64,000 nt of DNA from Mitosporidium daphniae (lineage: Eukaryota), in the NCBI RefSeq assembly GCF_000760515.2, contig NW_013546143.1, forward strand, positions 1-64,000. Reading direction: 5' to 3'. This document shows positions 46,460 through 59,202 of the stretch, piece by piece. The translations under genes and the position numbers were made by a program. Below the pieces are notes generated by a model. The model made no database searches, was not told the DNA's origin, and saw only the letters and a list, made by a program, of their open reading frames with translations. Every line of letters begins with the position of its first letter. Positions within the stretch are counted from its first letter, which is position 1.

Positions 46460-46982
46460 TTAGATGCTCTGGCTTTTGCCGCCGCCGCCGCCGCTTGCTA
46501 GCCGCTTAAAACGAGGATTCATGGTGGACGATGATATTACATGGTAATCCTTCAGCTTTGACAGCGATTGGGAAAAGTCTACATGGATCCTTCGATCGTC
46601 AATTAACACATTTTCCATCTTTTTGTACGCCTCTTCACATGACTCTTTGGATTCATACTCAATAAAGGCATATTGCAGGCTTTGGCCAGTCCTTGGGTTC
46701 CTTATTATCTCCAGACTATCGAACAGATCAGCATAACGCCTACCTTTTAATTGGGCCAAACCTCGAGAATATCAGTTCGAGGTCTTCATCTTCCGTGACA
46801 GGGTTAAGTTTACATACAAACAGAACATTTTCTGGCGGCGCCAAATTTGCAGACGGAACGTCTCCCAAGATTTCCAACGTCACCGCACGCGACGAGGCAT
46901 CTCGCGCTCGTCGCGCAGCCTCTATTGCCGCATCCAGCTCGGCGTCCGATAATTTGGAATAGTCTTTCCGTAATTTAGACAT
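46460..46982 (-). CDS. PPIL4/Rct1-type RRM protein lacking the cyclophilin domain
   Basis: [72 protein letters not shown]. Confidence 0.88.
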
Positions 46983-47017
46983 CAAATTAAAATTTTCAAT
47001 TTTCCAGTTTGTTTACC

Positions 47018-47919
47018 ATGGCGCTCGTATGCCTTACTGGATATCCATGCTCCGGTAAAACCACCCGGGCCAAAGAAATAGAAGGCCTGCTTTTCAATTC
47101 AGAGCAAATAAAGGCGAATAACATGTCCGTTCGTTTATTGTCCGAATCAGATTTTGGATACAACCCAGAGTCTACTCCATTAGGTATGTGGCTTTATCCC
47201 AATTTTGAGACTTTAGATCGGAAAAATCTGTTCGGGAATCTCTTTTGTCTGCTATTGAACAAAGGCTTACAAAAAACACGATTGTAATCGTTGATTCTAG
47301 TAATGAACTGAAAAGCATGCGATACCAAATGTCTTGTTCCGCAAAAACAATGGGCGTTCCCCATTTAGTGGTAACCTGTACTTATTGATTATCCAAGATC
47401 CAAATATCAACATCTGAGGCCAATTGTAGCGTTTGGAATGTCAAAAGACGATCCGAATCGCTCCCATCTTATGCTGATTCCATCTTTAAAGAATTAATTA
47501 ATCGCTACGAATTTCCAAACCCCGCCGTGCGATGGGATTCTCCCCTTTGGATTGTGAATCCCCAAGATGCATTTCCTATTTCTGAGATTCTTGCTGCTAT
47601 ATTGGATGCAAGGAAAAATACTAGCAAAAAGCCGCATGCACCCACTCAGCCGGTACTTGTTTGCTGCATTTATTCTTAGAAATTGCGTCAATCTGGATCG
47701 TACCTGCAATCAGTTGATATAATTATCAACACTTCGGTCCAAGAATTAGAAGAGGCGTTTAATAGAAACGAAAAAGAACGCATCCTGCCATCTGTCCTGC
47801 AACGAAAGAAAAAAGAATTTCTGCACCAAATTAAGTTAAATCCCATCCCATTGGATTCAAATGGAAATGGTTCTGATTCCAAGGTAAAATCGGCCTTTCT
47901 CGATTACGTTTATTTATGA
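47018..47919 (+). CDS. KTI12: Elongator-associated ATPase Kti12
   Basis: MALVCLTGYPCSGKTTRA (P-loop), IVIVDSSN..KSMRYQ, RYEFPN..RWDSPL, LQRKKKEFL. Three introns. Confidence 0.88.
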
Positions 47920-49025
47920 AATACTTACAATATAATAAATGGTTGGTCCAGGTGTGGGAATATTCTCCCACATAGCCCACCACAAACCCTAGCCCTAATC
48001 GTTAATTTCGTATTTTAAATTCAATTCTTTAATTAAGGGCAGACAGATACACAGTAATGCTGATCAAAAAATAGGACGGCTGATAATTAAATTTATTTGA
48101 AATTGTTGATTGGATCAGTAATCATTGAACGGGCCCCAAATTCTCATTAGAAGAAATGTTTTCAGAAAACCGCTCACTTCAATAAACATTCAAACATTCG
48201 GATTTCCGATCGTTTTGATTACCATTTTTGTTCTCCCATCAATATATGATGATACCGCAGAGAATGGCGTACAATAGACATCAATATATAGACTCCACTC
48301 GCTCGATTGGATCCGCTCCTTATTTGCCAAGAACATGATCAAGATCCATATCTTAATTTCCTGCGAGGCGTCGCACATCATAGAGACACGCCAATTTTGA
48401 TGTGCTGTATTTTAGTTGCATTTCAATCCGTTGTGCCGATTCTATATCCTTATTTTTAGGGGATTGTCTTTTATTCAAGTGAAAGATCATTTGAAATTCT
48501 AAAAGGTATGCCACTTTGGAACGTTCATGAGTGGTTAGCTCAATATTTGCTGGCGAAGCGTATAAAAACTTTAGGATACTTATTGCGATTTCCCCAGTTG
48601 CTTTAAGTATTTGTTTGGTCTATAACCCTTTATGAAGGATGATATAAAAGTTCGGAGTGCATCCTTATGCCTTTTGGATTTATCTCGCATGTTTTTACGT
48701 CTTCACATTGTCGAGGTGAGATTTGCGGTCCTCTTTATGGATATCAAGTCCAAATAATTCTTTGTCAAAATGAAATTGCCTGTCTATTTGTTTTTAGCAT
48801 TTTCGCGGGATCTTCCATTAATTACTTTGGCTATTACGACAATGAAGTTAAAGGTAAACATCGAGCTTTTCAACTCGATAAAAATGGGCACTCCAATTTT
48901 TTCAACACTAACCAAGGTAAAAGGGAAAGTACAAATGAAGGCATCACTGCACCTCCGTTCTTATTTTTAGCCACTAGCCATAGTCTTTCCCCTTTTTTGC
49001 CCTTACTCAAAGGAAATAATGACGA

Positions 49026-49090
49026 GAAACATCATCCACAAACATCACCCAGAAACATCACCCACAAACATCACCCAGAAACATCATCCA
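49026..49090. repeat. 13-bp minisatellite x5 with alternating first base
   Basis: (g/c)aaacatca(c/t)cca five times; first base alternates g,c,g,c,g. Confidence 0.92.
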
Positions 49091-49656
49091 CATCCAATGG
49101 TGGTGAAACCTGAATTTTTATTGGATCGAAATTCTCTGGATCTTATAGGGATACTACTCTTGATTCTTTTACCATAGACGCTTAATAAATTCATACATCG
49201 CCAAATGATATCCATCACGGCATCGATGCAACGAGCATCGTCACACTCTTGATTTTTACTAGAGCGAATGCTGGGTATATCCACCCCCATTTTCATTGAT
49301 ATGACACAATTTTTTTCAAGCGAAATGTTGCTGCATCTGCTTCACATATCGTTACTGGACATAAACCGTTTACCGCGACGATGCTACACATGCCACCGCC
49401 TCCTTAGCCTTATGGGCTTTCATCTGTGTACTGGAGTTAGAATGTTGTTCTTTTCCTCGCTTCTCGTCAAAGATTTACCAGATTCTTTATGACATCAAAA
49501 ACGCGATTTCTGAAAGCCGTAAAAAATTTCTCAAAAATTTCGTACTAATATTTTTCCCGATTTAAGTGCAGGCTCCAAATTAACTCTGGTGGCCCAACCC
49601 TAAATTAAATGCAATACAGCATTTCAAAATCTGCAATTTTTATCATTGCAAGTTTA

Positions 49657-50020
49657 ATGTCAGACCCATCATCGACGGGAAATGTATTCTGTATTGGTTT
49701 ACCGTAGACTGCGTTCTGTAGAGCCGCAGAGGAGGTCAAAAACTTGCAGAAAAAGCCTTCAGATAGCGATCTTTTAAAGATATATGCTCTTTATAAGCAA
49801 GGGATAGAAGGCGATAACACTACAGGTAGGAAATATGCAAATATTAACTCTCAGCTAAGCCTTCGTTTTATGATTTTAAAAACGTTGCAAAGTGGAATGC
49901 TTGGTCTGAGCTAAGAGGTTTTCATGGTTATGGCTAAATCAAATTGTAGAACTGTCAAAGGAGGACGCACAAAAAAAATACATTGCACTTGTGGATTCGC
50001 TTAAGACGGCTCCCCAATAA
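49657..50020 (+). CDS. ACB1: Acyl-CoA-binding protein
   Basis: Spliced by hand: [49 protein letters not shown]. Three introns. Confidence 0.93.
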
Positions 50021-50094
50021 AGGATACCCAAAATTTCAGGCAATTTAAGTGGCACTAAAATTTAAATGGACGTGCAATCTATTTTCATTTGTTT

Positions 50095-52217
50095 ATGGTT
50101 CAATTCGACAATCTGAAGGTGCGATCTATTGGCATAAATGGTTACTAGGATGAGCTGAAACGCCGTGAACATATAGTCCAGAACGAGTTGGACCTTTTAA
50201 GGGACATTAAAGAGTTTTTCAAGGACTATTGCTCACTGGAAAGGGATCATGTGAAAAACCTTGATACGCTTGTAAAGAAACATTCCACTCGCATTGACCA
50301 AAGAAAGGCGTATGATTCTGCTTCAGAGTTTTGTCCCATTTTTGATTCTATAGATCTTGGTTTTCGGTGTGGCGTTTTATCATAGCCGAGCTATTGTCCA
50401 CCGCTAAAGAGATGCAAAAGGCTTTGGAGGATGAGATAAACCCCACTTTCGAATCTATTAAAAGATTTCACAAACAGCAGGACGATCTTTTCCGAAAATT
50501 TACTCAATTTCAACACGACTTGATCGGCCTTTGCGAAAAGCAAATTGCGGATTGCGACAAGGTCTGTGATCGACGTTCTTATGATTGTAGAATAGAACAA
50601 GATATATAGACTCGTATCTTTCGCTGAACAAGGCCGAAAATTCGACTGGAGAGCCCTCTGTCAAAATGGAAAAGGTATGCCCCACCTCCCCATGTATGTT
50701 TATGTGTAGAAAATACAGGATCTCGCCTACGACTCGCAACTTAAGAAAATAAATTATGTCTTGGGAAATTCGGCAGCAAATGCATCGCTCCAGTTCTTGG
50801 TGAAGACGTATCTGCCTGAGATTGAAGAGGTTCGTTTTAATCCATCTGATAGCAGTGGATCTCGGAGGGCATCGACGTAAGGATTCTGAAAATGCAGAGC
50901 CTGTGGATCACCATTTCCGAAGCATTGGCTTGCTCATCGAAGAAATCGGTAGAATGCTGGGCAAAGATTAGCGAAAAGTGCAACGCCATGAAGCTGGTCA
51001 AGGAAACCGACTACTCTGTCCTGGATATGGAAATGGATTCCAAACTTACATTTGTAAATAACTATGACCCGACGGACTCGGTATTTTGGTCTTTGTAACG
51101 CTCAGGAGCTTCTTTCCACACAAGTTGACATCCGGCCATATTTGATGAACTTGTACTCTCAAGTGCTACCAAAGTTGCAAGAATCGCAGGAGTCGCTGCA
51201 GAATCGACAAAAGGAGATCCAGGGCCTCAATGCCCTGAAAGCTGCCTATAAGAGCGGCGCAACCAAAAGCTCCGATTATGACCAAATATACTTGGTAATT
51301 TCGTTCGCATATGATGACACCTTAGTCATGGTTTGATATCAAAAGGCAGTACCTGTCCAATATTATGTCCATTTCGGCCAACGAAAACCAAATAGATCAC
51401 CTAAAGAGTTACCTGGGAAATGGTAGGATCGGTCTTTTCACGTTTATTGATTGCTAGCTTCTCTTGATCAGGGGAAAGCACATCTTTTTAAAGCATCGTC
51501 ATTTGCCTCTTCTGCCCAATGTAACTTTTGCCTGAGCTCGATTTGGGGACTGTCCAGGAGCACTGGATACATTTGCGAAGGTAAGAATGGCCTTTCATTT
51601 TGCCAAAGACTGTGGATATGTGTGCCATTTTAAATGTCAACCAAAGATTCTCGATTATTGCGGCCGAGTTACCAACTCCTCCATCACATCGAATTCCTCT
51701 TCAAAGAAAAAGCTGGGCTCCACCGCCCATTTTCCAGTCAACACTAATGAGCTAAATTCCTACCATGACCTCAAGGGTAAGGCGGTGAAGGCAAAATTTG
51801 CATTTGCCTCCGATGACCCCGAAGAAGTTTCCATTTCACTTTCAGATGTGCTGCTCATTGTTGATGGGGTTTTAGATAACGGATGGATCAAGGTTCCCTT
51901 GCAGCCTCGTTGACTTTAGGTTTCAAGAATGTCCGACAATGTGACCGGCTTCGTCCCATTCAATTACTTGGATGTATACAAGGAATTTCCTATTCTGGAA
52001 ACTGGTATTGGAAAAATAGCCGAGTCATTTCTACTAGTCAAAGCCATGTACTCCTATAGTCCTGTGGAAGCAGACGAATTGTCCTTTCTCATTGGGGACC
52101 AGATCCAGGTGCTCGAAAAGTTTGACGATGGCTGGTGGCTTGGTAATTCTTTGGCTTCTTTTCATAGGTCGCTGCAACGACTGTCAGGGCGTGTTTCCCT
52201 CAAACTATGTGGCATAA
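50095..52217 (+). CDS. BZZ1: F-BAR, C1 and two SH3 domain protein (Bzz1-like)
   Basis: F-BAR start (LL.DIKEFFK..LERD...L), C1 HLFK..CNFC..IWGL..C..CGYVCHFKC, and two SH3 domains (GFVPFNY; A.Y.Y..DELSF..DDGWW..GVFPSNYV). Many short introns. Confidence 0.85.
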
Positions 52218-52255
52218 TCATTTTAGACTAAAAAATAAAATTTATTGAACTCGCG

Positions 52256-52941
52256 TTACACCACCAGTCGGTAAGTAACGTAGCGGCCTGCTGTCTCGGA
52301 GGTGCGAATAATTTTAATAACTTGGCCCCTTCTAAACCCATAGTATCTTGAGACCGGGTCCGAAGACAAGATGCGAGGGAGCTGGGTATCTTTGAGGCGG
52401 CTGGACGTTAAAATAATCAGGCTTACTATTTGTCCAAAAGCTCTTTTCTTTCGTCATCGTTGAGAAGAATATGAGGGGGAACCAATTGATGCTCAGTAAT
52501 GTTTACAAGGAGCTCTGTCTCTTTAAACTGCTCGAGAATGTATTTGGGCGCCATTTGCTGCATCACCTTTTCGGCAGAGGGCGTCAGCGAATTTCTGTAA
52601 ATGATGATGGCCTTGAAGACACCCTGTTCAACCATCTTTTCGCAATATATGCGGATCGGCTTTACACCAACAGAAAGGTCGTCTGGGAAAAAGATAAACA
52701 GTTGATCCGATGAATTCTCTTTTTTTTGCACCAAAAATGTCAAGGCCGAACGGCTAAAGTAAGTAAACAGCTTCAATGCATACTCTGTGACGATCCCTCC
52801 ACGGCCAAAGGTGTGTGTGAAATCTTGTAAAGACATGTCCAACTCGGATTGGCTTACTATGTATCCCCTGTCATGGACCATATGGTGGATCGTTTTATGA
52901 ACCCTCCAAAGCTTTGCAGTTTCCCTTTCCGATTGATCCAT
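52256..52941 (-). CDS. RPB5: RNA polymerase I/II/III common subunit Rpb5
   Basis: [59 protein letters not shown]. Confidence 0.97.
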
Positions 52942-53013
52942 TTTAAAAAAGAAAATGAAAGTGAAAATGAAAAACAAAACCAAAGTGAAAATAAAAGTTT
53001 AAATTATTGTTTG

Positions 53014-54083
53014 ATGGGAATTTTCCCAAAACCGCTAGCAGATCGTGCAATTTTGTCATTGTCTCCATCATCGAAAAAGTGTGGGGACTTTTTGGATCGA
53101 TATTTGCAGAATCTGATTACGAACAATGTTCTCAAATTTTCTCCAAAAGGCATACATTCATTAGCGGTTGCCTTTCTGAATGCAAAAGTAACATACCACG
53201 TTTGAATTCTCCGTTAGGGGCGCATATTGTTTGATGGAATTCTATATAGACCCTTGCCACACTGTGAAGCATACATTGGGGATGGCGCTTTTTTACTTGA
53301 TATTCACCGATCGACAGAGCTGCCATTGTTGGCCCACCTGAACTCGTATATTTTGCGTCAGGAGGTCAAGATTGAGAATATTTCTCCCCAATATTCGGTG
53401 TTTGTGTCGCAGACAAACGAAAATCCGCAAGCCCTATTTGAGGATCCTCGATCTCCGTTACTGGGATATCGGGGAATCATGCGAAAGATGGCTTCTCTAG
53501 ATATCAACAATCAAATGCCTCGTTGTGAAGACTCTAGTTCAAAAGGCCTTGCATTTGATGCCGTTTATTCGCTAAAGAGGATTCTATTGGGCTGTCCAGA
53601 ACTTCCGTTTGACATGGTTTCTGGCTCTTCCTTGCCCTTTGAATGCAATTTGGATGTTTTCAACTTTAGTAGGTTTCCGATGGTTTTATGTAACGCCTAG
53701 TTGATTTCCACAAGGGATGCTACTTGGGGCAAGAGCTGACCATCCGGACCAAACATCAGGGGGTCATTCGGCGAAGATACATTCCCGTAAAGCTTCTCTC
53801 TGATCCGGCACACGAATTGTCAGTACCAGCTTCGCTTTGCGATCATGACTTGTGTATATATTTAAATGGAGAGCCCAGCAAATGTTACAATGCATTTTCT
53901 TCTCCCATCGAGTTCAAAGGAGGAAGATTGGTGTCTTTGCTGGGATCGATCGGACTGGCCAGGATGAGCCTTAACGAAGTTGAAAATGCGGATCCCATAT
54001 GGCCGATTCTCGTCAACGGCGAGAAGCGGTATGTCAAGCCCATCTTACAGCATGTCAAAAGATCAAACGTTTATTGCAAATAA
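53014..54083 (+). CDS. IBA57: Folate-binding Fe-S maturation factor Iba57/Caf17 (YgfZ family)
   Basis: [57 protein letters not shown]. Confidence 0.9.
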
Positions 54084-54093
54084 ATTTAAAGCA

Positions 54094-55816
54094 CTAATAC
54101 TGAGGGAAATGTCTGCAAAAGGCAGATATCTTATCCTCTGGCAGCGACAGCAAGAGCGTCTCGAGGCTCGATCCAGAGCTACAGTTAAACAGGAGTAAAG
54201 CAAACCTTGCCAATGTGGCTTTAGATCGCTCTAACAGCCAATATAGCAGCATACGAATGGGGCGGCCACTCATTCCCTTTGAAAGAACGCCATCTTCAGA
54301 AGACACTTGCATTGTTCCTGCAATGTCCAGATGGGCCCAGACCTGCCCATCGTCAACAAATTCTTTCAGAAATGCAGCGGCCGTACAGGCTCCGCCACCG
54401 CGCAAGCTAGAGGCGTTCTTGATGTCAGCAACGGAAGAGTCCATTAGTGGGCGATAGTCGTCCCACAAAGGCATTCGCCATATGCGATCACCAGAGGAAT
54501 ATCCGGCCTCCTCCATCTCTTTGAACAAATTGTCGCAGGTGGAAAAGATGGCTGAAGTGGCCGATCCAAGAGCAACGCCAATGGCGCCTGTCAACGTAGC
54601 AGCGTCAATAATAACGGATGGCGAATATTTTTTGATGAACACCAGCGCGTCGGCCAAAATTAGCCTACCCTCCGCATCGGTATTGTCAATCTTTGGTAAG
54701 CAAATGTGTATATCATCATACCTCGATGGTCTTCCCATTGCTGGCAGTGATGACGTCTCCAGGCTTGGTGGCTGTGCCGGAAGGCAGATTTTCAGTCAAT
54801 GGAATCACAGCAACAAGATTAATAGGCAGCTTACAGAAGGCAGCCGTAATGAACGAGGTCGCCATAATTGCAGCCCCCTGCATGTCTGCTTTCATGTTGG
54901 CCATGTTGGCGGCCGGCTTGAGAGAAATACCTCCAGCATCAAAGGTTACTCCCTTTCCCACTAACCCGATGGGAGATTCATCTGCAGATGAAAGGCCATT
55001 TGCATCTCGGCCTTGGTACTCCATTATTAAGAACTTGCAGGGTTCTGCTGATCCCTGGGATACAGAGAGAAAGGAATTCATTCCCTGCTCCTTGGCCCAT
55101 GATGCATCTTTGGCTTCTATTTTTACATGCGAAGAAATGTGCGACAGATGCTCTTGTGCAAATTTTTGTATCACTTCCACAAATTTCGAGGGCGTGCAAA
55201 TATTTGCCGGCGTGTCGGCCAAGTATCGTGTAACGTTCTGAGCAGACGCCATAATGAAGCCACGTTTAAACGATTGGATATCATTGGCAGTGCACACAGG
55301 AGCCATTTTAAACGACAGAGATTTGCAGTTCTCGGAAAACTTGAGGTAAGAATAAGACGAAAGGATGGCGCCTTCGACTGCAGCTTGAGAATCCGAAAAG
55401 GTATCAAGAATGTACTCCTTGACGCCCTGGCTTGAAAGCAATCTTACTCCATTTGCCGCCGCCTTACGAACAGATTCTCTTTTCTCGTAAAGAGAACGGG
55501 GGGTTGAAGAGTTTCCAAGGGAAATTGCCGCAAGTTGGAATGGAAGCGACGAGTCAATATTGTAGAGGATCCGACGTTCATCTTTCTTTCCTTCAGCATT
55601 GGTTTTTTCAAGCAGGGTTTTGATCGAGCCCTTGGCTTCGGTGGATAGAGTCGTTGATGAAACGGAAATATCAGGCGTCCCTGCAGATGGTCCCGACGTG
55701 GGCTTATCGCAAAAATATCCGGTAATAAACCCTTGGTGAAGAGGAATTGGTGACGATGACATCGAAAAAAAGAGGCGATTCCGATTTGAAACCTTCTGCA
55801 AAATGGCTCGATGCAT
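54094..55816 (-). CDS. M17 leucyl aminopeptidase
   Basis: VGKGVTFDAGG.S.K, MKADM.GAA, GKTIE|IDNTDAEGRL.LADAL, DAATLTGA, WAHLDIAG. Confidence 0.96.
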
Positions 55817-55922
55817 TCTCTATTTATACTTATGTGGTGTTGATTGATGCAATTTAGTTTGCGCTAAATTGATTAAAGGCGGGATGATTTTCAATTTATA
55901 AAGTTGATTTTTTTATTTCAAA

Positions 55923-56195
55923 ATGAATTCTGTCAATCCAAAGCCGTTTTTAAACAGTTTGGCTGGACACATGGTTCTTGTGAAGACGAAATGGGGCCAC
56001 TCGTACAAGGGGACCCTGATCTCCATCGATTCATACATGAACCTACAGCTCCAAAATACGCACGAACAGGTGCCCGGTGCTGATGTTGCAACCGAGCCAG
56101 AAAGCTCCACAATGCTCGGAGACGTTATGATCAGGTATTTCTTTTTTCATGTTGACATTAGATGCAACAATGTCCTGTATGTTAAATCTGCTTAA
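55923..56195 (+). CDS. SNRPF: Small nuclear ribonucleoprotein SmF
   Basis: [37 protein letters not shown]. In-frame 27-nt intron 56135-56161. Confidence 0.94.
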   Translation: MNSVNPKPFLNSLAGHMVLVKTKWGHSYKGTLISIDSYMNLQLQNTHEQVPGADVATEPESSTMLGDVMIRYFFFHVDIRCNNVLYVKSA

Positions 56196-56294
56196 GCGGC
56201 CGTTCATCGGCTACCTGATGTCGCTCCCCTATGTTCTGGATTAGTTATTAAATTTCATGTAAATTTTAAATGGCGATTTTTTATACTGCACAAT

Positions 56295-57117
56295 ATGAAT
56301 GAAAGCCGCAATGACCTGATTCAATGGATCAATGATTTGTTGTCATTGAACGTTACCAAAATAGAGCAACTGGGCACCGGGGCGGTCTATTGCCAGATCA
56401 TGGATTCCATATATGGTACCGTTCTTTTTTCTCACCAAAGGGGATGTTCCCTTGCACAAGGTGAAATTCGACGCCAATCAAGAGTTTATGTACATTCAAA
56501 ACTTTAAAATTCTTCAGCTCTCCTTCACCAAGCATAACATCTTGAATGTGTGTCCCTTATTCATTTTTACTGGCTAGGCAATACCTGTGGAAAGGCTGAT
56601 CAAGATGCGATTTCAGGACAATTTGGTAATTCGCAGCAGGCTTACGGTGATTAGGAATTTTGCCAATGGATAAAAAAATATTGGGATTCATATTTCCAAA
56701 ACCAAAGCTACGATCCTGTTGCTAGAAGGAGCTCATGCTCCAACGCCCCGATTTTCCATATTTCGGACAGGCCTGTGGCGTCAAATCGAAATTCTGGCGG
56801 CGAGCACAGAGCCTTTCGGAGTACGCGATATTTTGTATAATTGAGTAGCTACTGTTGCACCCAAGTCTGTTGCTCTTAATCCCTGCTCAGTCAATAATGC
56901 CGGGAAAATGAGCGACCTAGCACAGCAGGTTGCCGACCTGACACAGTTGACGGCCGAGTTAAAGCTTAATTCGGAAAATATGGAGCGAGAAAGAGATTTT
57001 TATTTCAACAAGCTCCGTGAAATTGAAATTTTACTTCAGCGGGAATCAACCGAAAGCGACATATCAAAAGAAAAGCTAACCGGCCTCGTTATGTCCATTC
57101 TTTATAGTACCGAATAA
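56295..57117 (+). CDS. BIM1: Microtubule plus-end protein EB1/Bim1
   Basis: ESRNDLIQWIN..TKIEQLGTGAVYCQIMD, QDNL|EFCQW, ERERDFYFNKLREIE..ILYSTE. Confidence 0.95.
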
Positions 57118-57196
57118 AATGCAATTCAGCTTTCAACTTTGAAATTGCATTTTACGGCAGTTTCTGGATTTTTCTTTGAATTTGTTATCTCCGTAA

Positions 57197-57585
57197 ATGA
57201 ACTTGGCCAATTCTGTACGTCCATGTTATATGTATTGACTTTCAGTTGATTGGTAAACGCATTCTGCCCCTTCTGGACCGTGTTGTGATTCGCAAGCCCA
57301 AGGCCCTGGAAAAGACAGCGTCTGGCATCTTAATCCCTGAAAAGAGCCAAGAATCCATTAGCCACGGCGAGGTTGTTGCTGTTGGACCTGGAGACAAGGT
57401 TGCTTTTGCGCTCGTCTAACTTTGGTAGGATTACAAAATGGTCCTAGTTCCTGGCGATAAAGTGGTCCTTCCAACATACGGCGGCACTCAAGTTAAGCTC
57501 GGTGATGAGGTACCACTTTGCTTCTGACCTTTAGATGGTATTTATTTTCCGTGAAAGCGAAATCCCTGGAAAGCTCATCGAATAA
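57197..57585 (+). CDS. HSP10: Mitochondrial co-chaperonin Hsp10
   Basis: Spliced by hand: ILPLLDRVVI..KTASGILIPEK..GEVVAVGPG, GDKVVLP.YGGT.VK, FRESEI. Confidence 0.92.
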
Positions 57586-58010
57586 ATTGACAATTGTTAC
57601 GATTTTGGCTGTCAATAAATCATATCGTGTACACTGTATTTTAATCCAAATGACCAGCCGATGGTTCGCAAAAAAGAGGCAATTTTTAAGCAACTTGACA
57701 AGTTATCTGATTGCGTACCGCAATGTTGAGCGTAACACAAAACACAACACCAAAGGCAGCGTAAACTTTGGTATTTTTGGATCTTCCTTTGGCCGTTTGA
57801 AGAGCTCTTCTCATGGACGCTGTGTTAAGAAATCCAATGCTTTGCATTCTTCTAGCCTTACCGCTTTTGATGGGAGGTCTGTTTTTCATGCCGAAACCAC
57901 ATGATTGAGCGGAAATTCTTTTGGATGTATTTAAGGTTTATGAGGGAACTATTGCTTCCCTAAATAACAGTGACACGCAAGTGAACAAAATTAAATTTAA
58001 AAACCCATCA

Positions 58011-58331
58011 ATGGCAATGATTATTTGGTGCACCGTTCCAAATGCACTGAGCGCTATGAAAATATCGAAAAGCCTTGTTGAGTCCAAGCTTGTTGCATGT
58101 GTTAACATCGTTCCGGGCATCAAATCTGTTTATCAATGGGAAAACAAAATACAAGAGTCCGAAGAACAACTTTTATTCATCAAAACGGGGGAAGAACTTT
58201 TCCCCCAAGTCAGGGACAACATACTGAAGTTGCATGAATATGAGGTACCTGAAATCATTGGGGTTCCAATTACTCATGCACATCAGCCATATTTGGACTG
58301 GATATTGTCTTCAACTAAAAAAGTAAATTAG
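58011..58331 (+). CDS. CUTA: CutA1 divalent-cation tolerance protein
   Basis: TVPN..A..I...LVE.KLVACVNIVPGI.SVY.W..E.LL.IKT..HEYEVPEII..YLDWI. Confidence 0.93.
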   Translation: MAMIIWCTVPNALSAMKISKSLVESKLVACVNIVPGIKSVYQWENKIQESEEQLLFIKTGEELFPQVRDNILKLHEYEVPEIIGVPITHAHQPYLDWILSSTKKVN

Positions 58332-58362
58332 TTGCGAAAATAAAATATAAATTTTTGGTCTC

Positions 58363-59137
58363 ATGCTGGAGTTCTTTGGCGCTCCTGAATATAGTGTGCC
58401 TCCACTCCCGCTAAAAGTGGCAGACGCAGTTGGTGGGAAAATAGCTAATGCTACCAATAATATTACGGAGCCCTTTAACATCCTCACAGGTACCGGTTTG
58501 ATGCCCTGATCCTTTAGGAGCTCTTCCTTCGCCCGTTGGATCTTGTCTGGTTGAACATGGCAATACCAAAGTGATTGCTACGGTCAATGGACCATATCCT
58601 CTGCCCAAATCACAACAAGAAGCATCAAGAGCTGTTTTAAGGGTACGCGTGTTGCCCTCCGCCGTTTGCTTTGAGGCAATGACGCCCGAAGCGATTCAAA
58701 AGACCAAGCTGTGCTCATCCATTTTACAAGACATTTTGAAAGTCTCGTTCGAGTCCGTGATAATGCTAGATAGGCATCCTAGAATGGCGATTGAGCTTGA
58801 TGTACATATATTGGGCGATCATGGTGATGTATTGATGGCTGCCACGGTTGCATGTAGCGCCGCATTATCCCAGTCACAGGTCCAAATGCTCGATTTGCTC
58901 ATCGGCCTCTCGATCTCTAATTCCGCATCAAAGGGTGGCATCAAGTTGGAGGGCTTCCAAAACTCCATAAACGTGACCTATGCCCCCACCCTTTGTAAGT
59001 ATGCCTCCATATATGGGATGGGCGCACTTCAAAAAAATGAATTTCAAAAAATTGATTCTGCAGTCAGAGAACAGGCAAATTTTATTACAAAGCTTTTAAA
59101 AAAGTCGCTCTTATCGTATGCAGATGCTAACAAATGA
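58363..59137 (+). CDS. Exosome RNase PH-like subunit (Mtr3/Rrp41 group)
   Basis: GSCLVEHGNTKVIATVNGP, L...FESVI.LDRHPR..IELDV.IL.D.G..AA...S.AL. Confidence 0.8.
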
Positions 59138-59202
59138 ATAAATATTTGGACCAGTAAATGTACAAGTGTAAATCTGGCCGTTCAAAATGGGTGTACTTAA
59201 TT

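Noticed and set aside
57590..57905. Small spliced membrane protein (Cox7-like) on the minus strand
   Set aside because: Plausible splice sites exist, but the frame and the similarity are too ambiguous to call.
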